Source: Squalus acanthias
Taxonomy: Eukaryota
Assembly (NCBI GenBank): GCA_030390025.1
Contig: CM059432.1
Span: 123,010,001-123,074,000, forward strand
DNA length: 64,000 bases
Direction of reading: 5' to 3'
Numbering within the stretch: the first letter of the stretch is position 1; every line of letters starts with the position of its first letter. The notes below the pieces were generated by a model. It was not told the DNA's origin. It made no database searches and saw nothing but the letters and a program-made list of their open reading frames with translations. The translations under genes and the position numbers were made by a program. Positions 49,968-61,893 of the stretch are shown one piece after another.

Positions 49968-52329
49968 CTTTGTCTTACGGATGTTTAGTGTAAGGCCCAT
50001 GCTCTCATACGCTTCGGTGAAGGTGTCGATGATGGTTTGGAGTTCGGCCTCCGAGTGAGCGCAGACGCAAGCGTCATCTGCATACTGTAATTCGACGACA
50101 GAGGATGGGATGACCTTGGATCTGGACTGGAGGCGACGGAGGTTGAACAGTTTCTCGTTTGTTCTGTAAATTAGCTCCACTCCAGCGGGGAGCTTATTGA
50201 GGGTGAGATGGAGCATTGCAGCAAGGAAGATCGAGAAGAGCGTTGGTGCGATGACACAGCTTTGCTTGACCCCGGTCCGTACGTGAATTGGGTCTGTGGT
50301 AGATTCGTTGGTCAGGATCACGGCTTGCATGTCGCCGTGAAGCAGGCGGAGGATAGTGACAAACTTTTGAGGGCAGCCAAATTTGAGGAGGACACTCCAT
50401 AATCCCTCACGGTTGAGAGTGTTGAAGGCCTTTGTGAGGTCAAAGAAGGCCAGGTACAGCGGTTGGTAATGTTCCCTGCATTTCTCTTGTAATTGACACG
50501 CGGTGAAGATCATGTCCATTGTGCCCTTTAGAGGGCGGAATCCGCATTGCGACTCTGGGAGGAGCTCTTCAGCCACTGGGAGAAGGCGATTGAGGAGGAT
50601 TCTTGCAATGACTTTCCCTGTGGCAGACAGCAGGGAAACTCCTCTGTAATCACCGCAATCAGCCTTGTCACCTTTCTTGAAGATGGTCACAATTACGACG
50701 TCTCTGAGATCCCCTGGCATGCTCTCCTCCTTCCAGATAAGAGAAATGAGTTCATGAATTCGCGCCAGTAGTGCTTCTCCGCCATGCTTTAGTGCCTCGG
50801 CAGGGATTCCATCTGCTCCTGAGGCCTTGTTGTTCTTCAGTTGTCGGATAGCCTTTTCAACCTCATGCCGCGCTGGGGTTGTGCTGAGATGGTGGCGGGT
50901 AGCATGCTGCGGGATGGAGTTGAGGACACTCGTGTCGAAGACAGAGTCTCGGTTAAGGAGATCTTCGAAGTGCTCCTTCCAGCGGGCACTGACTGCCTCT
51001 CTGTCCTTGATGAGTACCTCTCCGTTCTTGGCCCGCAGTGGAGTAGGACCTTGGGTGCTTGGGCCGTAGATGGTCTTGACTGCGCTAAAGAATCCACGCA
51101 CGTCATGGTTGTCGGCTAGTTGCTGGATCTCCTGCGCTTTCTCCACCCACCATCTGTTCTTTAGGTCGCGAGTTTTTTGTTGGTCCTCGGCCTTCAGGCG
51201 TATGTAGAGCTGCTTTCTTGCTCTCGAGTTGTGTTGCTGTTTCCAGATCAGGAATGCCTTGCGCTTGCGGCTTATTAGCTCCTGGATCTCCTGGTCATTC
51301 TCGTCGAGCCAGTCTTGGTGTTTCCTGGTCGAGTGACCGAGCGTCTCTTCACAGGTGCTGATTATGGAGGCCTTGAGTGCAGACCAGTTACTGTGGACAC
51401 TCTGTGTCTCTGTATCACTGGGAGTCGTCAGGTTGTTTGTGAGGCGCAGGCTGAATAGGGCTTTCTTAGCGGGGTCTTTGAGTGCTCCAGCGTTGATTTT
51501 CCTGCGGCATTGTTTCTGTTGCCGCCGCTGTTTTGGGGCTACATTGATGGAGATGACAGAGCGGATTAGGCGGTGGTCTGTCCAGCAGTTGTCAGCTCCT
51601 GTCATGGCGTGGGTGATGCGGACGTCCTTGCGGTCCCTCGCTCGGACGATGACGTAGTCCAGTCGATGCCAGTGCTTGGAGCGAGGGTGCTGCCATGAAG
51701 CCTTGTACTTGTCTCTCTGACGGAACAACGTGTTGGTTATGACAAGGCCATGTTCTGAGCATTTTGACAGGAGGAGGGTACCGTTGGAGTTTGCTTTCCC
51801 TTCCCCCTCTCTGCCGATCACACCTCCCCAGAGATATGTGCCTTTTCCAACTGGCGTTAAAGTCGCCAAGGAGGATCAGCTTGTTGCCCGTTGGGACTCG
51901 GGACAGGGATTGTTCGAGGCTGGAGTAGAATTCCTCTTTGTGGCTTCCAGTGTTGGGGCGTATGCACTGATGACCGTAGCGCACTGGTTCCGGGCTAGGG
52001 TGAGTCGAAGAGTCATGAGGCGCTCGTTTATACCGCTAGGAGAGTCTCTGAGACGCCCAACTAGTTCATTTTTTTATGGCGATGCCTACCCCATGGAGGC
52101 GGTGTTCTTCTTCAGGTTTGCCTTTCCAGAAGAAGGTGTAACCACCGCCTTGCTCATTGAGCTGGCCTTCCCCTGCCCGCCGGGTCTCGCTTAGGGCGGC
52201 GATGTCAATGTCGAAACGTCTGAGCTCCCGGGCAACGATAGCAGTACGGCGTTCCGGTCTGTCACTGTTGGGGTTGTCCATGAGGGTCCTGATGTTCCAG
52301 GTCCCGAACTTCATTTTAAAGGGTGGAAG
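49968..52329 (-). mobile_element. RTE-clade LINE, second copy, truncated at both ends
   Basis: MKFGTWNIRTL...ALSETR EN start (52314) and a 639-aa open EN-RT segment to QYADD; closely similar to 40495-43730; no 3' tail. Confidence 0.95.
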
Positions 52330-53515
52330 TGATAAGTGACCTCCCTATTCTTCCTACCAAAATGTAATACCTCAGATTTATCTGTGTTGAACTTCATTTG
52401 CCAACTTTATGCCCATTCTGCAAGTTTATTAATGTCCTCCTGTAACTTGTTGCAGTCCTCCTCAGTATTGACTATCCCGCCCAATTTGGTGTCATCCGCA
52501 AATTTAGAAATTGTGTTTTTGATTCCGAAATCGTTAATATAAATTGTGAACAGCAGTGGTCCCAGCACTGATCCTTGTGGAACACCACTTCCCACCTTCT
52601 GCCACTGTGAATAGCTACCCTTTACTCCTACTCTCTGCTTTCTGTCCTGAAGCCAGCCAGTAATCCACTCTGCTACTTGTCCCCTGACTCCACATTCTCT
52701 GACCTGGTTCATCAGTCTATTATGGGGTACCTTATTGAAGGCCTTTTGAAAATCCAGATATATTACATCTACTGCTTTATCATTGTCTACTCTCTCTGTT
52801 ATCTCTTCAAAAAATTCAATAAGGTTGGTCAAGCAAGACTTTCTCTTTTGAAATCCATGTTGACTATTCATTATTATATTTTTGGTTTCTAGATGTTCTT
52901 CTATTTTCTCCTTTAGTAGGGATTCCATTATTTTTCCGACCACCGATGTTAAGCTGACTGGTCTATAATTCCCTGGACATGTTCTATCCCCCTTCTTAAA
53001 TATCGGTACAGGAAACTTTTGTTTATCCGGCATCGACGGGACCGGCGTGGTGCCGGTTTATCGAAAGTACCGGATAACGGAGAGTTATATCTACCGAGGC
53101 TATTTTTAACAAAGAGACTCCAGGCAGCGCGGGAGAATCAACTCCTGCTACTGCAGTGTTTCGGACTTCCGACAGCGCCAGGAGGCCGAGTAGTGGCACT
53201 TTTGAAAAGTACCCCTACTGACTAAATCGGCGTTCGCGGACTCGGACTCGGACTCGGGATCGGCAACATTGCCGGTTATTTGAGAGGAGTTTTCGGAGCA
53301 CTCTGCGTTCGCGGAGACTCGACTGCGACTCGGCAACATTGCCGGTTATTTGAGAGGAGTTTTCGGAGGATGATTTTTGCCGGTTAAGCGAGAATTCCGG
53401 ATATTTGGGTGCCGGATAAACGAAAGTTTCCTGTATTACGTTAGCTATCCGCCAGTCTTCTGGCACTATACCTTTTTCTAACAAATTATTAAATATGAGA
53501 AGTAATGCCTCTGCT
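52330..53515 (-). mobile_element. CR1 LINE RT fragment
   Basis: NYRPVSLTS, IYLDFQKAF, GVPQGSVLGPLLF, KFADDTK; interrupted by MITE 53009-53433. Confidence 0.93.
53009..53433. mobile_element. Tc1/mariner (pogo/Tigger-like) MITE
   Basis: TA|CAGGAAACTTTTGTTTATCCGGCA ... TGCCGGATAAACGAAAGTTTCCTG|TA: 24-bp TIR with 1 mismatch, TA TSD; 425 bp. Confidence 0.93.
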
Positions 53516-54285
53516 TAAAGCTTTCCTTATAATTAATCTCTATGCGGTGAAATTCATCACTGTAAGCACCTGTAATTTAGCATGCAACATTGAAGGAATA
53601 TTTTAATATATTTTGATTTGTTTTCTCATTAACAGTTGCCCATTGGGTACCGAGACATCTTTTCAGTTGTTAAAATTATCTGTCTGATTTCTTTCCGATA
53701 ACGCCAATGGAAATGGTTTTGTAATCATTGTTGGAAGCAGAGAACAAGAACTTCTCTCCATTCATTGTGTTTGTTTACACAATAAACCTTACAAAATTAA
53801 ATTTGAATTGTCACTTTTCCCATAGAATTTTCTGCCCTGGCCTGTCCTCAAGGTGTGTACTTTCACTGGGGTATGGTTCCACAGGTGCTGGCAGCCCTTC
53901 GCTATGTGTACTATTCTTCATGTGTGAACCTTGACGGTGAACATCTGCAGGCCACTCAACTGTGGAAGGCATAACAGCCAAGCCCATCCTTACTCTCTCA
54001 CTCAGTGTCTATAGCCAAGCGCTTTCCAGCTACAGGTTGTCGTATAGTGATTAGTAGTAGAAACTCTTACTGATATTTGCCCTAAATATCCCGGAAGCAC
54101 TGAGTCCATTTGTAGCTCCCCAACTGTCGCCTGACTAAAACCTGCTAACTTGGCACGGATTCAGAATTGAACCCCGAGTCCTTTTGGTCTGTATGGTATA
54201 ACAGTACACTGAGCTTTGATGTTGCTATTGTAGCGTTGAAAGAGTTAAGTTTGTATTGTTTAATGAATATTTGTTTGTCTTTTAG

Positions 54286-54503
54286 ATACGATTTCCTTGT
54301 GCATTCAATTGTCTACCACCAGACCCTGTTTGTATACAGTATCTTTGCAATTCATTTCTCTCCTCCTGACTGAAGAGGGAAAGAGGCAGCTCCAAATTGG
54401 AGCAGAAAGCCACTCAGTCCAGTGTGTGACCCTTACTGAGCTTTTAGATGGAAATGAAGGGGCTGAATCATCAGGCAGTCAGCTCTGTGAGAGCATATTA
54501 CAG
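54286..54503 (+). CDS. RTTN: Rotatin coding exon (11th)
   Basis: Acceptor tgtcttttag, donor gtactc; 218 nt, phase 1/0, (D)TISLCIQLSTTRPCLYTVSLQFISLLLTEEGKRQLQIGAESHSVQCVTLTELLDGNEGAESSGSQLCESILQ. Confidence 0.93.
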
Positions 54504-55017
54504 GTACTCAAAGAATTCCGATGCAAATTAATTGTTATTTTGAATGTATGAAGAATCCAAATTAGACAGTATAACTTAAAATATTTGTAATCAAGCTGCT
54601 TGACTTTAGTTGCAGAACTGCCATTATTACAGGATACCATTACAGAGCTGTTTAAACCTCCAGCATCAAAAAGTCCAGGGGAATCATACATTAAACATTA
54701 TTGCTAACCTTATTGGTATTTCGATCGCTGCACCTCTAGATAAACACCATCAAATTGTCAGGTTTAGGAAAAGAAGACTCACTCCTAATCTCCAATGCTT
54801 CAGATTGGCCACTGATTTGGCACCATATTGTCCCCCTCTCAGGACAGCATTTGAGTACAGTGGATAATATAGTCGTCCGCTCAGTGAGTTCGAAGCACAT
54901 ATTGAACAGATATTTAACATTAGCACTGACTCAACTACTCTTCCTTATTGGAGTTATGCAGGTTTGCATCTGCCTGCAATTTGAACCAGTAAATGGCTCC
55001 AAAGACTTTTCCCAGGA

Positions 55018-58000
55018 ACAGAACAACAACTTGCATTTATATAGCGCATTTAACGTAGTAAAACGTCCCAAGGCACTTCACAGGAGCGTTATCAAATCAA
55101 AATTTGACACCAAGCCACATAAGGAGATATTAGGGCAGATGACCAAAAGCTTGGTCAAAGAGATAGGTTTTAAGCAGCGTCTTAAGGGAAGATAGAGAGG
55201 CGGAGAGGTTTAGGGAGGGAATTCCAGAGCTTAGGACCTAGGCAGCTGAAGGCACGGCCGCCAATGGTGGAGCGATTAAAATCGGGGATGCTCAAGAGGC
55301 CAGAATTGGTGGAGCGCAGAGATCTCTGGGGATAGTAGGGCTGGAGGGGATTACAGAGATAGGGCGGGGCGAGGCCATGGAGGGATTTGAAAACAAGGAT
55401 GAGAATTTTAAAATTGAGGCGTTGCTTAACTGGGAGCCAATGTAGATCAGCGAGCACAGGGGAGATGGGTGAGCGGGACTTGGTGTGAGTTAGGACACGG
55501 GCAGCAGAGTTTTGGATGGCCTCAAGTTTATGGAGGGTGGAAGATGGGAGGCTGGCTAGGAGTGCGTTGGCATAGTCAAGTCCAGAGGTAACAAAGCCAT
55601 GGATGAGGGTTTCAGCAGCAGATAAGCTGAGGCAAGGGCAGTGATGGGCGATGTTACGGAGGTGGAAATGGGCGGTCTTAATGATGGTGTGGATGTGAAG
55701 TAGGAATCTCATCTCGTGGTCAAATAGAACACCAAGGTTGCGAACAGTCTGGTTCAGGTTCAGACAGTTGCCAAGGAGAGAGGGATGGAGTCGGTGGCAA
55801 GGGAACGGAGTTTGTGGCGTGGACCGAAGACAATGGCTTCAGTCTTCCCAATATTTAATTGAAGGAAATTTCTGCTCATCCAGATGTCGGACAAGCAGTC
55901 TGACAGGTTAGAGACTGTGGAGGGGTCGGAAGAGGTGGAGGTGAAGTATGGCTGGGTATCGTCAGCGTACATGTGGAAATTGATGCTGTGTCGTTGGATG
56001 ATGTCACTGAGAGGCAGCATGTAGATGAGAAATAGGAAGGGACCAATGATAGATCCTTGGGGGACACCAGAGGTAACGGTGCGGGAACGGGAAGAGAAAC
56101 CATTGCAGGTGCTTCTCTGGCTACGATTGGATAGATAAGAATGGAACCAGGCAAGTGCAGTCCCACCCAGCTGGACGATGGTGGAGAGGCGTTGGAGGAG
56201 GATGGTGCGGTCAAACGTGTCAAAGGCTGCAGACAGGTCAAGAAGGATGAGGAGAGGGGGATAGTACCTGAGGGGGAGAGAACCGTTAACTATCAGCTAC
56301 CATGGGAGCCAAGAAGGGAAATTGGGTGGTCAGCAATTTAGTGGGAATAGGGTCAAGAGAGCAGGAGGTCAGTCTATTGACAAGATGAGATTTGAGAGGG
56401 CATGAGGGTAGATAAGAGAGAAAGTAGAAAAATATGCAAATTCAGGGTTAGGGAAGGGAGGAAACTGAGAGTAAGTTTGGCATGGAGAAGGGAGAGAAGT
56501 AGCAGAGGCAGCTGAACGGATGTTCTCGATCTTTGTAACAAAAAAGTCCATAAGCTCCTTGCATTTATTGTTGGAGATGAGAGAGGAGGAGGATGGGGAG
56601 GGTGGTTTAAGAAGATTGTTTGTGGTGGAGAAGAGAGGGTGTTATCTTTGCCTTCCTGGATGATCTTAGAATAGTGGGCAGTTTTAGCAATGGAGAGCAG
56701 GACCCGATAATGCTTTATGTGATCCAGCCATATCTGGTGATGGGTGGTTGAACAGTTGTCCGCCAAAGACGTTCAAGTCTGCATCCCTTGGACTTAAGGG
56801 AGCAGAGATGAGAGGTATACCAGGGGGGAACGACTAGGATGAGAGAGTGTAATGGTTTTAATGGGGACAAGGGCATCAGAGGTGGTGGAGAGGGTCTGAT
56901 TTAGCAAATCAGTAGCTGCAGAAATGTCATGAAGAATTACATAGTATTACAGCACAGAAACAGGCCATTCGGCCTAACCAGTCTATGCCGGTGTTTATGC
57001 TCCACTCTAGCCTCCTCCCGTCTTTCCTCATCTAACCTTATCAGCATAACCCTCTATTCCCTTTTCCCTCATATGCTTATCTAACCGCCCCTTAAATGCA
57101 TCTGTACTATTCACTTCAACCACTCCCTGTGGTAGCGAGTTCCACATTCTCACCACTCTCTGGGTAAAGAAGTTTCTGTTGAATTCCCTATTTGATTTTT
57201 TGGTGACTATCTTATATTGATGGCCTCTAGTTATGCTAATCTCCACAAGTGGAAACATTCTCCCTGTATCCACTCTATGAAAACCTTTCATGATTTTAAA
57301 GACCTCTATTAGGTCACCCCTCAGTCTTCACTTTTCAAGAGAAAAGAGACCCAGCCTGTTCATTGTTTTCAGATAGGTGTACCCTCGCATTTCTGGTATC
57401 ATCCTTGTAAATCTTCTCTGCACCCTCTCCAGTATCTCTATATCCTTTTTATAATATGCCGACCAGAATTGCACACAGTATTCCAAATGTGGTCTAACCA
57501 AGGTTCGATACAAGTTTACCATAACTTCACTACTTTTCAATTCAATCCCTCTAGAAATAAACCCTGGTGCTTGGTTTGCTTTTTTTATAGCCTTGTTGAC
57601 CTGTGTCGATACTTTGTGATTTGTGTATTTGTACTCCTAGATCCCTTTGTTCCTCTACCCCATTTAGATTCTTCTTTTTCAAGTAATATGTGACCTCTCT
57701 ATTTTTCTTGCCAAAATGTAATACCTCACATTTATCTGTGTTGAATTTCATTTGCCAATTATATGCTCATTCTGCAAGTTTATTAATGTGTTGTAATTTG
57801 TTGCAGTCCTCCTCAGCATTGGCTATCCACCCCAATTTGGTGTCGTCTGCAAATTTAGAAATTGTAGGCCAAAGGCTAGATAGTTGGGAATTTGAAAGTG
57901 CAGTGGTAAGGGACTTGAGGGAGAGTTTTTTCCAGGGGCAGACACAGAAAGAAGTGAGGTTGAGAAGGGGAAGGGAAATCTGGGTAGAGAGCAATATAAG

Positions 58001-59100
58001 GAAATGATCAGAGATTGCCTTATCAGTGATAGTTATGGTGGGAGTAGCGAGGCCATGTGAGATGATGAGATTGAGAGGGTGGCCGTGTATATGAGTAGGA
58101 GAGATTATATGGAGGGAGAGATTAAGGGAGGAAAGGAGGGAAGTGAACTCAGAGGAGAGAGAACAAAGAGTTGAGGTGGAGGTTGAAATCACTGAGGATG
58201 AGAAGTCGCTCGGTGCAGAAGGAGGAAAGCAGAGAAGATATCTCAGTGAGAAACTTGGTGTGATACTTGGGTGGGCGATACAGAACCAAGGATTTTAAAG
58301 AGAGACATGAGGGGTGGAACAAGGTGAGATGCTCAAAGGAGAAGTTGCTAGAGGAGTAGGAAGACAGACCAAGGTGTGATTTTAGATATAAGGGTACACC
58401 ACCACTGCGGTGGTTTGAGTGGGGCAAATGGTGGATAGTATAGCCAGGCAGGGAAGCTTCATTAAGGGGACAAGTGTCATCACCCCCTCAACCATGTCTC
58501 TGTCAAGGCCATAATGCCAATGTGATCGCCCACAATAAGCTCATGGGTGGCAAGGCCCTTATTCACAAGTGAACGTGCATTTTGAAGGGAAATGCGGAGA
58601 AGGGCGATGATAGCTGATTTACTGGCAGAGTCCAAAGGGTCAGAGCTTGGATGGACCAGAGGAGGTTGACAAGATTAGCAGGCGCGCCGGGCAGAGAGAA
58701 AATAGATGGGGGCAATTGGGGTTGCTACTCGTTAGGAGGCAACGACAAGTGCCTCGGTGGGCCTTTCGGAGGATGCCAAGGGAGAGACAGAGTGAAGCTG
58801 TAGGATTATTTAAGAGGGAATCAAAACTGGGACAGCGATAGGAGAGTAGGAAAGACGATGAGTACGGAAGAATTGGGGTTTGTGAGGGTGGAGAAAAGAA
58901 AGGAGGCATGATGTTGGGACGGGTAAAGGGGGCGAAAAGAGGAAATGGAAATGATGGGCTCGGGTCTGGAGCGGCAGCCAAAACGTGCATGCGAATGGAC
59001 AGTGGGAAACACAGTTACATAAACGTGGTTACATGCTAATTCGCAAGCACAAGGAGTAGAGAGGAGACAGCACATTAGAAAAACTAAATTTAAAGTCAGA
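55018..59100 (-). mobile_element. Long L2 LINE (EN + RT remnants), internally deleted and interrupted by CR1
   Basis: EN: ISLQNARSLVNK...ALTETWL, ILSDFNLH, ISDHFL; RT: LDLSAAFD, HMYADDTQ; C-terminal QNSAARVL, LHWLPV; (gtt)n tail. 5' boundary approximate. Confidence 0.9.
56935..57865 (-). mobile_element. CR1 LINE 3' fragment inserted in L2
   Basis: ISKFADDTKL, YRTLVRPHLEYCVQFWS, NFFTQRVVRMWNSLP; L2 sequence on both sides. Confidence 0.92.
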
Positions 59101-59643
59101 GGTCTGATAAAGTTGATAATTGGGTGAATCCGCAACAAATTGATGTTGAGGTGAGTGAGACCAGGGGCTATTTGACGAGCAGAGTAGTGAGGTGTGAATT
59201 TCCATTCATTTAAATGTTTCCTGTGGTGATATTAGAACCATTTAGAACCCCAATTTTTCCACATGGAGATCAGTCAGTCTCTGGTGCCTGTGCATAGATC
59301 TCCCAGAAATCACTGATAAATCTAAAAGTCACAGTAATGAAACTCCATTTTTCCAACTGTCATACTGAGAATCAGAATTGTTCTAGTGAAACAAGATTGA
59401 TAGGTCCCTAACTAATTTTAAATTAATTTAAAGATCAGAAATTGAATGAATGAAAATGAAAAGAACCAGGTCAGCATGAATAATTGAAAACCTGTTCTTT
59501 GGGAACAAAGTTTCCTATTCCCTCCTTTTCTCTGATCCCCTAAAATTCTCCAAAGGGTTAGAATGGTGCATGTGACACTGATGTTCAACGTTCATTTTGG
59601 ATATGAAAACTCTTGCTTTTCCAACATTTCATTGTGAAACAAT

Positions 59644-60396
59644 GAGCCGGATTTTGATGTCAAAATGACGGTGAGGCTAACATCACTCACCGTTATTTAC
59701 GTGGAAATCGGACAGCAACTTCCGCCGATCGCACATGTACAGTTAAACGCAAAATCCAGAAGTTGCTGTCAGAGATGCCCTGCTCTTCCAAAAGCTGCGC
59801 AATAGCAGTATCTCGCCGAGAGGCTCGCCATTCAAATACATTGAATGGTGTGAAGTTGCTGTCCTAACTCTGAGATAGGAACTAAACTCATCAGAGAAAG
59901 TTAGGGCTTGTCCATTTCAGTGTAAGCACCCTTTTAACGGCATGGTAAGTCTTAATTATTTCCAAACAACCTCTCTGGCACTAAAAATTAACTTTAACAA
60001 GTGTGGAGTCTCATTCCTTCAGATTTTAATTATTGTTGGAGATTTAAAAAAAATATTTTTTTTTACTTTTTCCTTTGTCTCTTTTATCTCTCAATCCAAT
60101 CTTTCTTTCCCTCTCTTGCTTTCTGTACCTGATTTGACATTGAATTCAATATTCCAACTGACACTTCCTGGTTCTGACTCTGCTGCTCATTAAATATTAT
60201 TCAGTCTGATTGGTTAAGGAGACACACAGTTGCTTGCCCAGTTCACACAGGTCCCAGATGCCCTGTAGAGGGGGCTGCGCTTTTTGGCTCTTTACAGTAC
60301 GTTCCAGTGCAAAATCCCATAGATAGTCTGTAGGTGAGTGCAAGTGTAACGAATGGCTTGTGCCACTCATACACCGCTGACTGTAAAATCCGGCCC
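59644..60396. mobile_element. Harbinger-like MITE
   Basis: AAT|GAGCCGGATTTT ... AAAATCCGGCCC|AGT (TIR 11/12, TSD 2/3). Confidence 0.8.
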
Positions 60397-60404
60397 AGTA
60401 TCAA

Positions 60405-60660
60405 GTTAAATATAAGATAGTCACTAATAAATCCAATAGGGAATTCAGGAGAAACTTCATTACCCAGAGAGTGGATAGAATGTGGAACTTGCTACTGCAG
60501 GGAGTAGTTGAGGCGAATAGCATAGATGCTTTTAAGGGGAAGCTAGATAAGTACATGAGGGAGAAAAGAATAAAAGGATATACTGATGGGGTCAGATGAA
60601 GAAGGGTGGGAGGAGGCTCATTTGGAGCGTAAGCCGAATGGCCTGTTTCTGTGCTATAAA
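60405..60660 (+). mobile_element. CR1 3' fragment
   Basis: Reverse complement of 56945-57220. Confidence 0.85.
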
Positions 60661-61779
60661 TACTTAGTTACTTTGTAACCACCATCTCTCACAAGGGAGT
60701 CTTATCTCAAATCCTTCATGAAGACTTAGCAGGCTTGTCGTTTATCTCTTGTTCGAGAGCTCGTACCTCCTGTGGTGGAAACCTTAGTGGCTTCCAGAAA
60801 ATCTTCCACAAATAGGTACTTGCACTAACTGGAAGAACTTCATTGGTTGGCTGTTCCACAGGCACCAGCAGTACTCCCAAGACCTCTAAGTGTGTGAGCA
60901 TAGACAATGAGTGTTCACAGGCCTTTCTATCATTGGGTGCATCACAGCCAATTGTGCACCAGTATTCCTAGTCAGATCCTGTCCTAACTTGGAATTAAAA
61001 TTTCTCAATGCACTATTTTTAACAAGCTAGCAGATCTCCCAAGACATTGCTTACAGGTAGTCTGGGATCCCAAACACAGTTGTGATCGTTAGCTGCGAAT
61101 CTGAACTGTCCCTTTAAGGCCACTGCTGCAGTACAGCCTTGGCGAAGTAGGCTAAACAGGGAAATACAATTCATTGTAGGTACTTTTATACTCTTTGGGT
61201 CAAACACAGAGGACATTTGTAACTGCTTGTATAATTCTTGCTTCACCTGAGCAGAACCTGTTCTGAAATGACTGGCACTTTCTGCTTAAGATTGTTTTGC
61301 ATCTGTAACAAAGTAAGCCGTTTGGAGTGTGCTTCTGTAGTGTGGCAAACGCTTGTGTATGTGTGTTTAGTTGTATCTGGTACGTGTTTTTGTCTATCAC
61401 TCTTTGGTGTAAAACAGCAGCAAATCATTACTGCAAAAGTGGGAAACATTACTCATCAAGTAGAAAGGAAAGCCACCAATGAAAATTGAAAATGGGCAGT
61501 CAGCTACAATTTTAAAAGAGGTGAACCAATTGAATCGCTCCAAATATTTTTCAAAATCCTTTCAGCCACCATCTTGGATTCTGCACTCAACTGAGCATTT
61601 ACTCCTTGAAATAATGCTTATAACATAGACATAAAAAAATTACAAAATGTACTGTTAGAAATGCCTTTAATATTTTCTGTCTGAGGCCTAGATGCATTTT
61701 TGTGAGCTGTAGAAACTAAGAGAGTAGTAGGCTATAGCTCCCAGCATGTACTCTCTGCCCACAATTGTCGAGTTTTTTA

Positions 61780-61893
61780 AATAATATAAACAGAAGATGC
61801 TGGAAACACTCAGAAGGTCAGGCAGCATCTGTGGAGAGAGAAACCGAGTCAATGTTTCAGGTTGGTGACCTATCATCATAACTGGAAAATGTC
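61780..61893 (-). mobile_element. Penelope-type terminal repeat, hammerhead core decayed
   Basis: Similar to 37475-37580; rc reads AGTT-ATGATGA...GAAA-CATT-GACT. Confidence 0.75.

Noticed and set aside
49950..51869. 639-aa ORF as a host or domesticated gene
   Set aside because: It is RTE EN-RT sequence, frameshifted upstream and truncated within RT.
60716..61489. Cluster of short ORFs
   Set aside because: No motif, no similarity to the expected RTTN continuation, and no coherent splice pattern.
61847..61883. Hammerhead-like motif as a functional ribozyme
   Set aside because: Core reads ATGATGA and stems II and III are mismatched; decayed copy.
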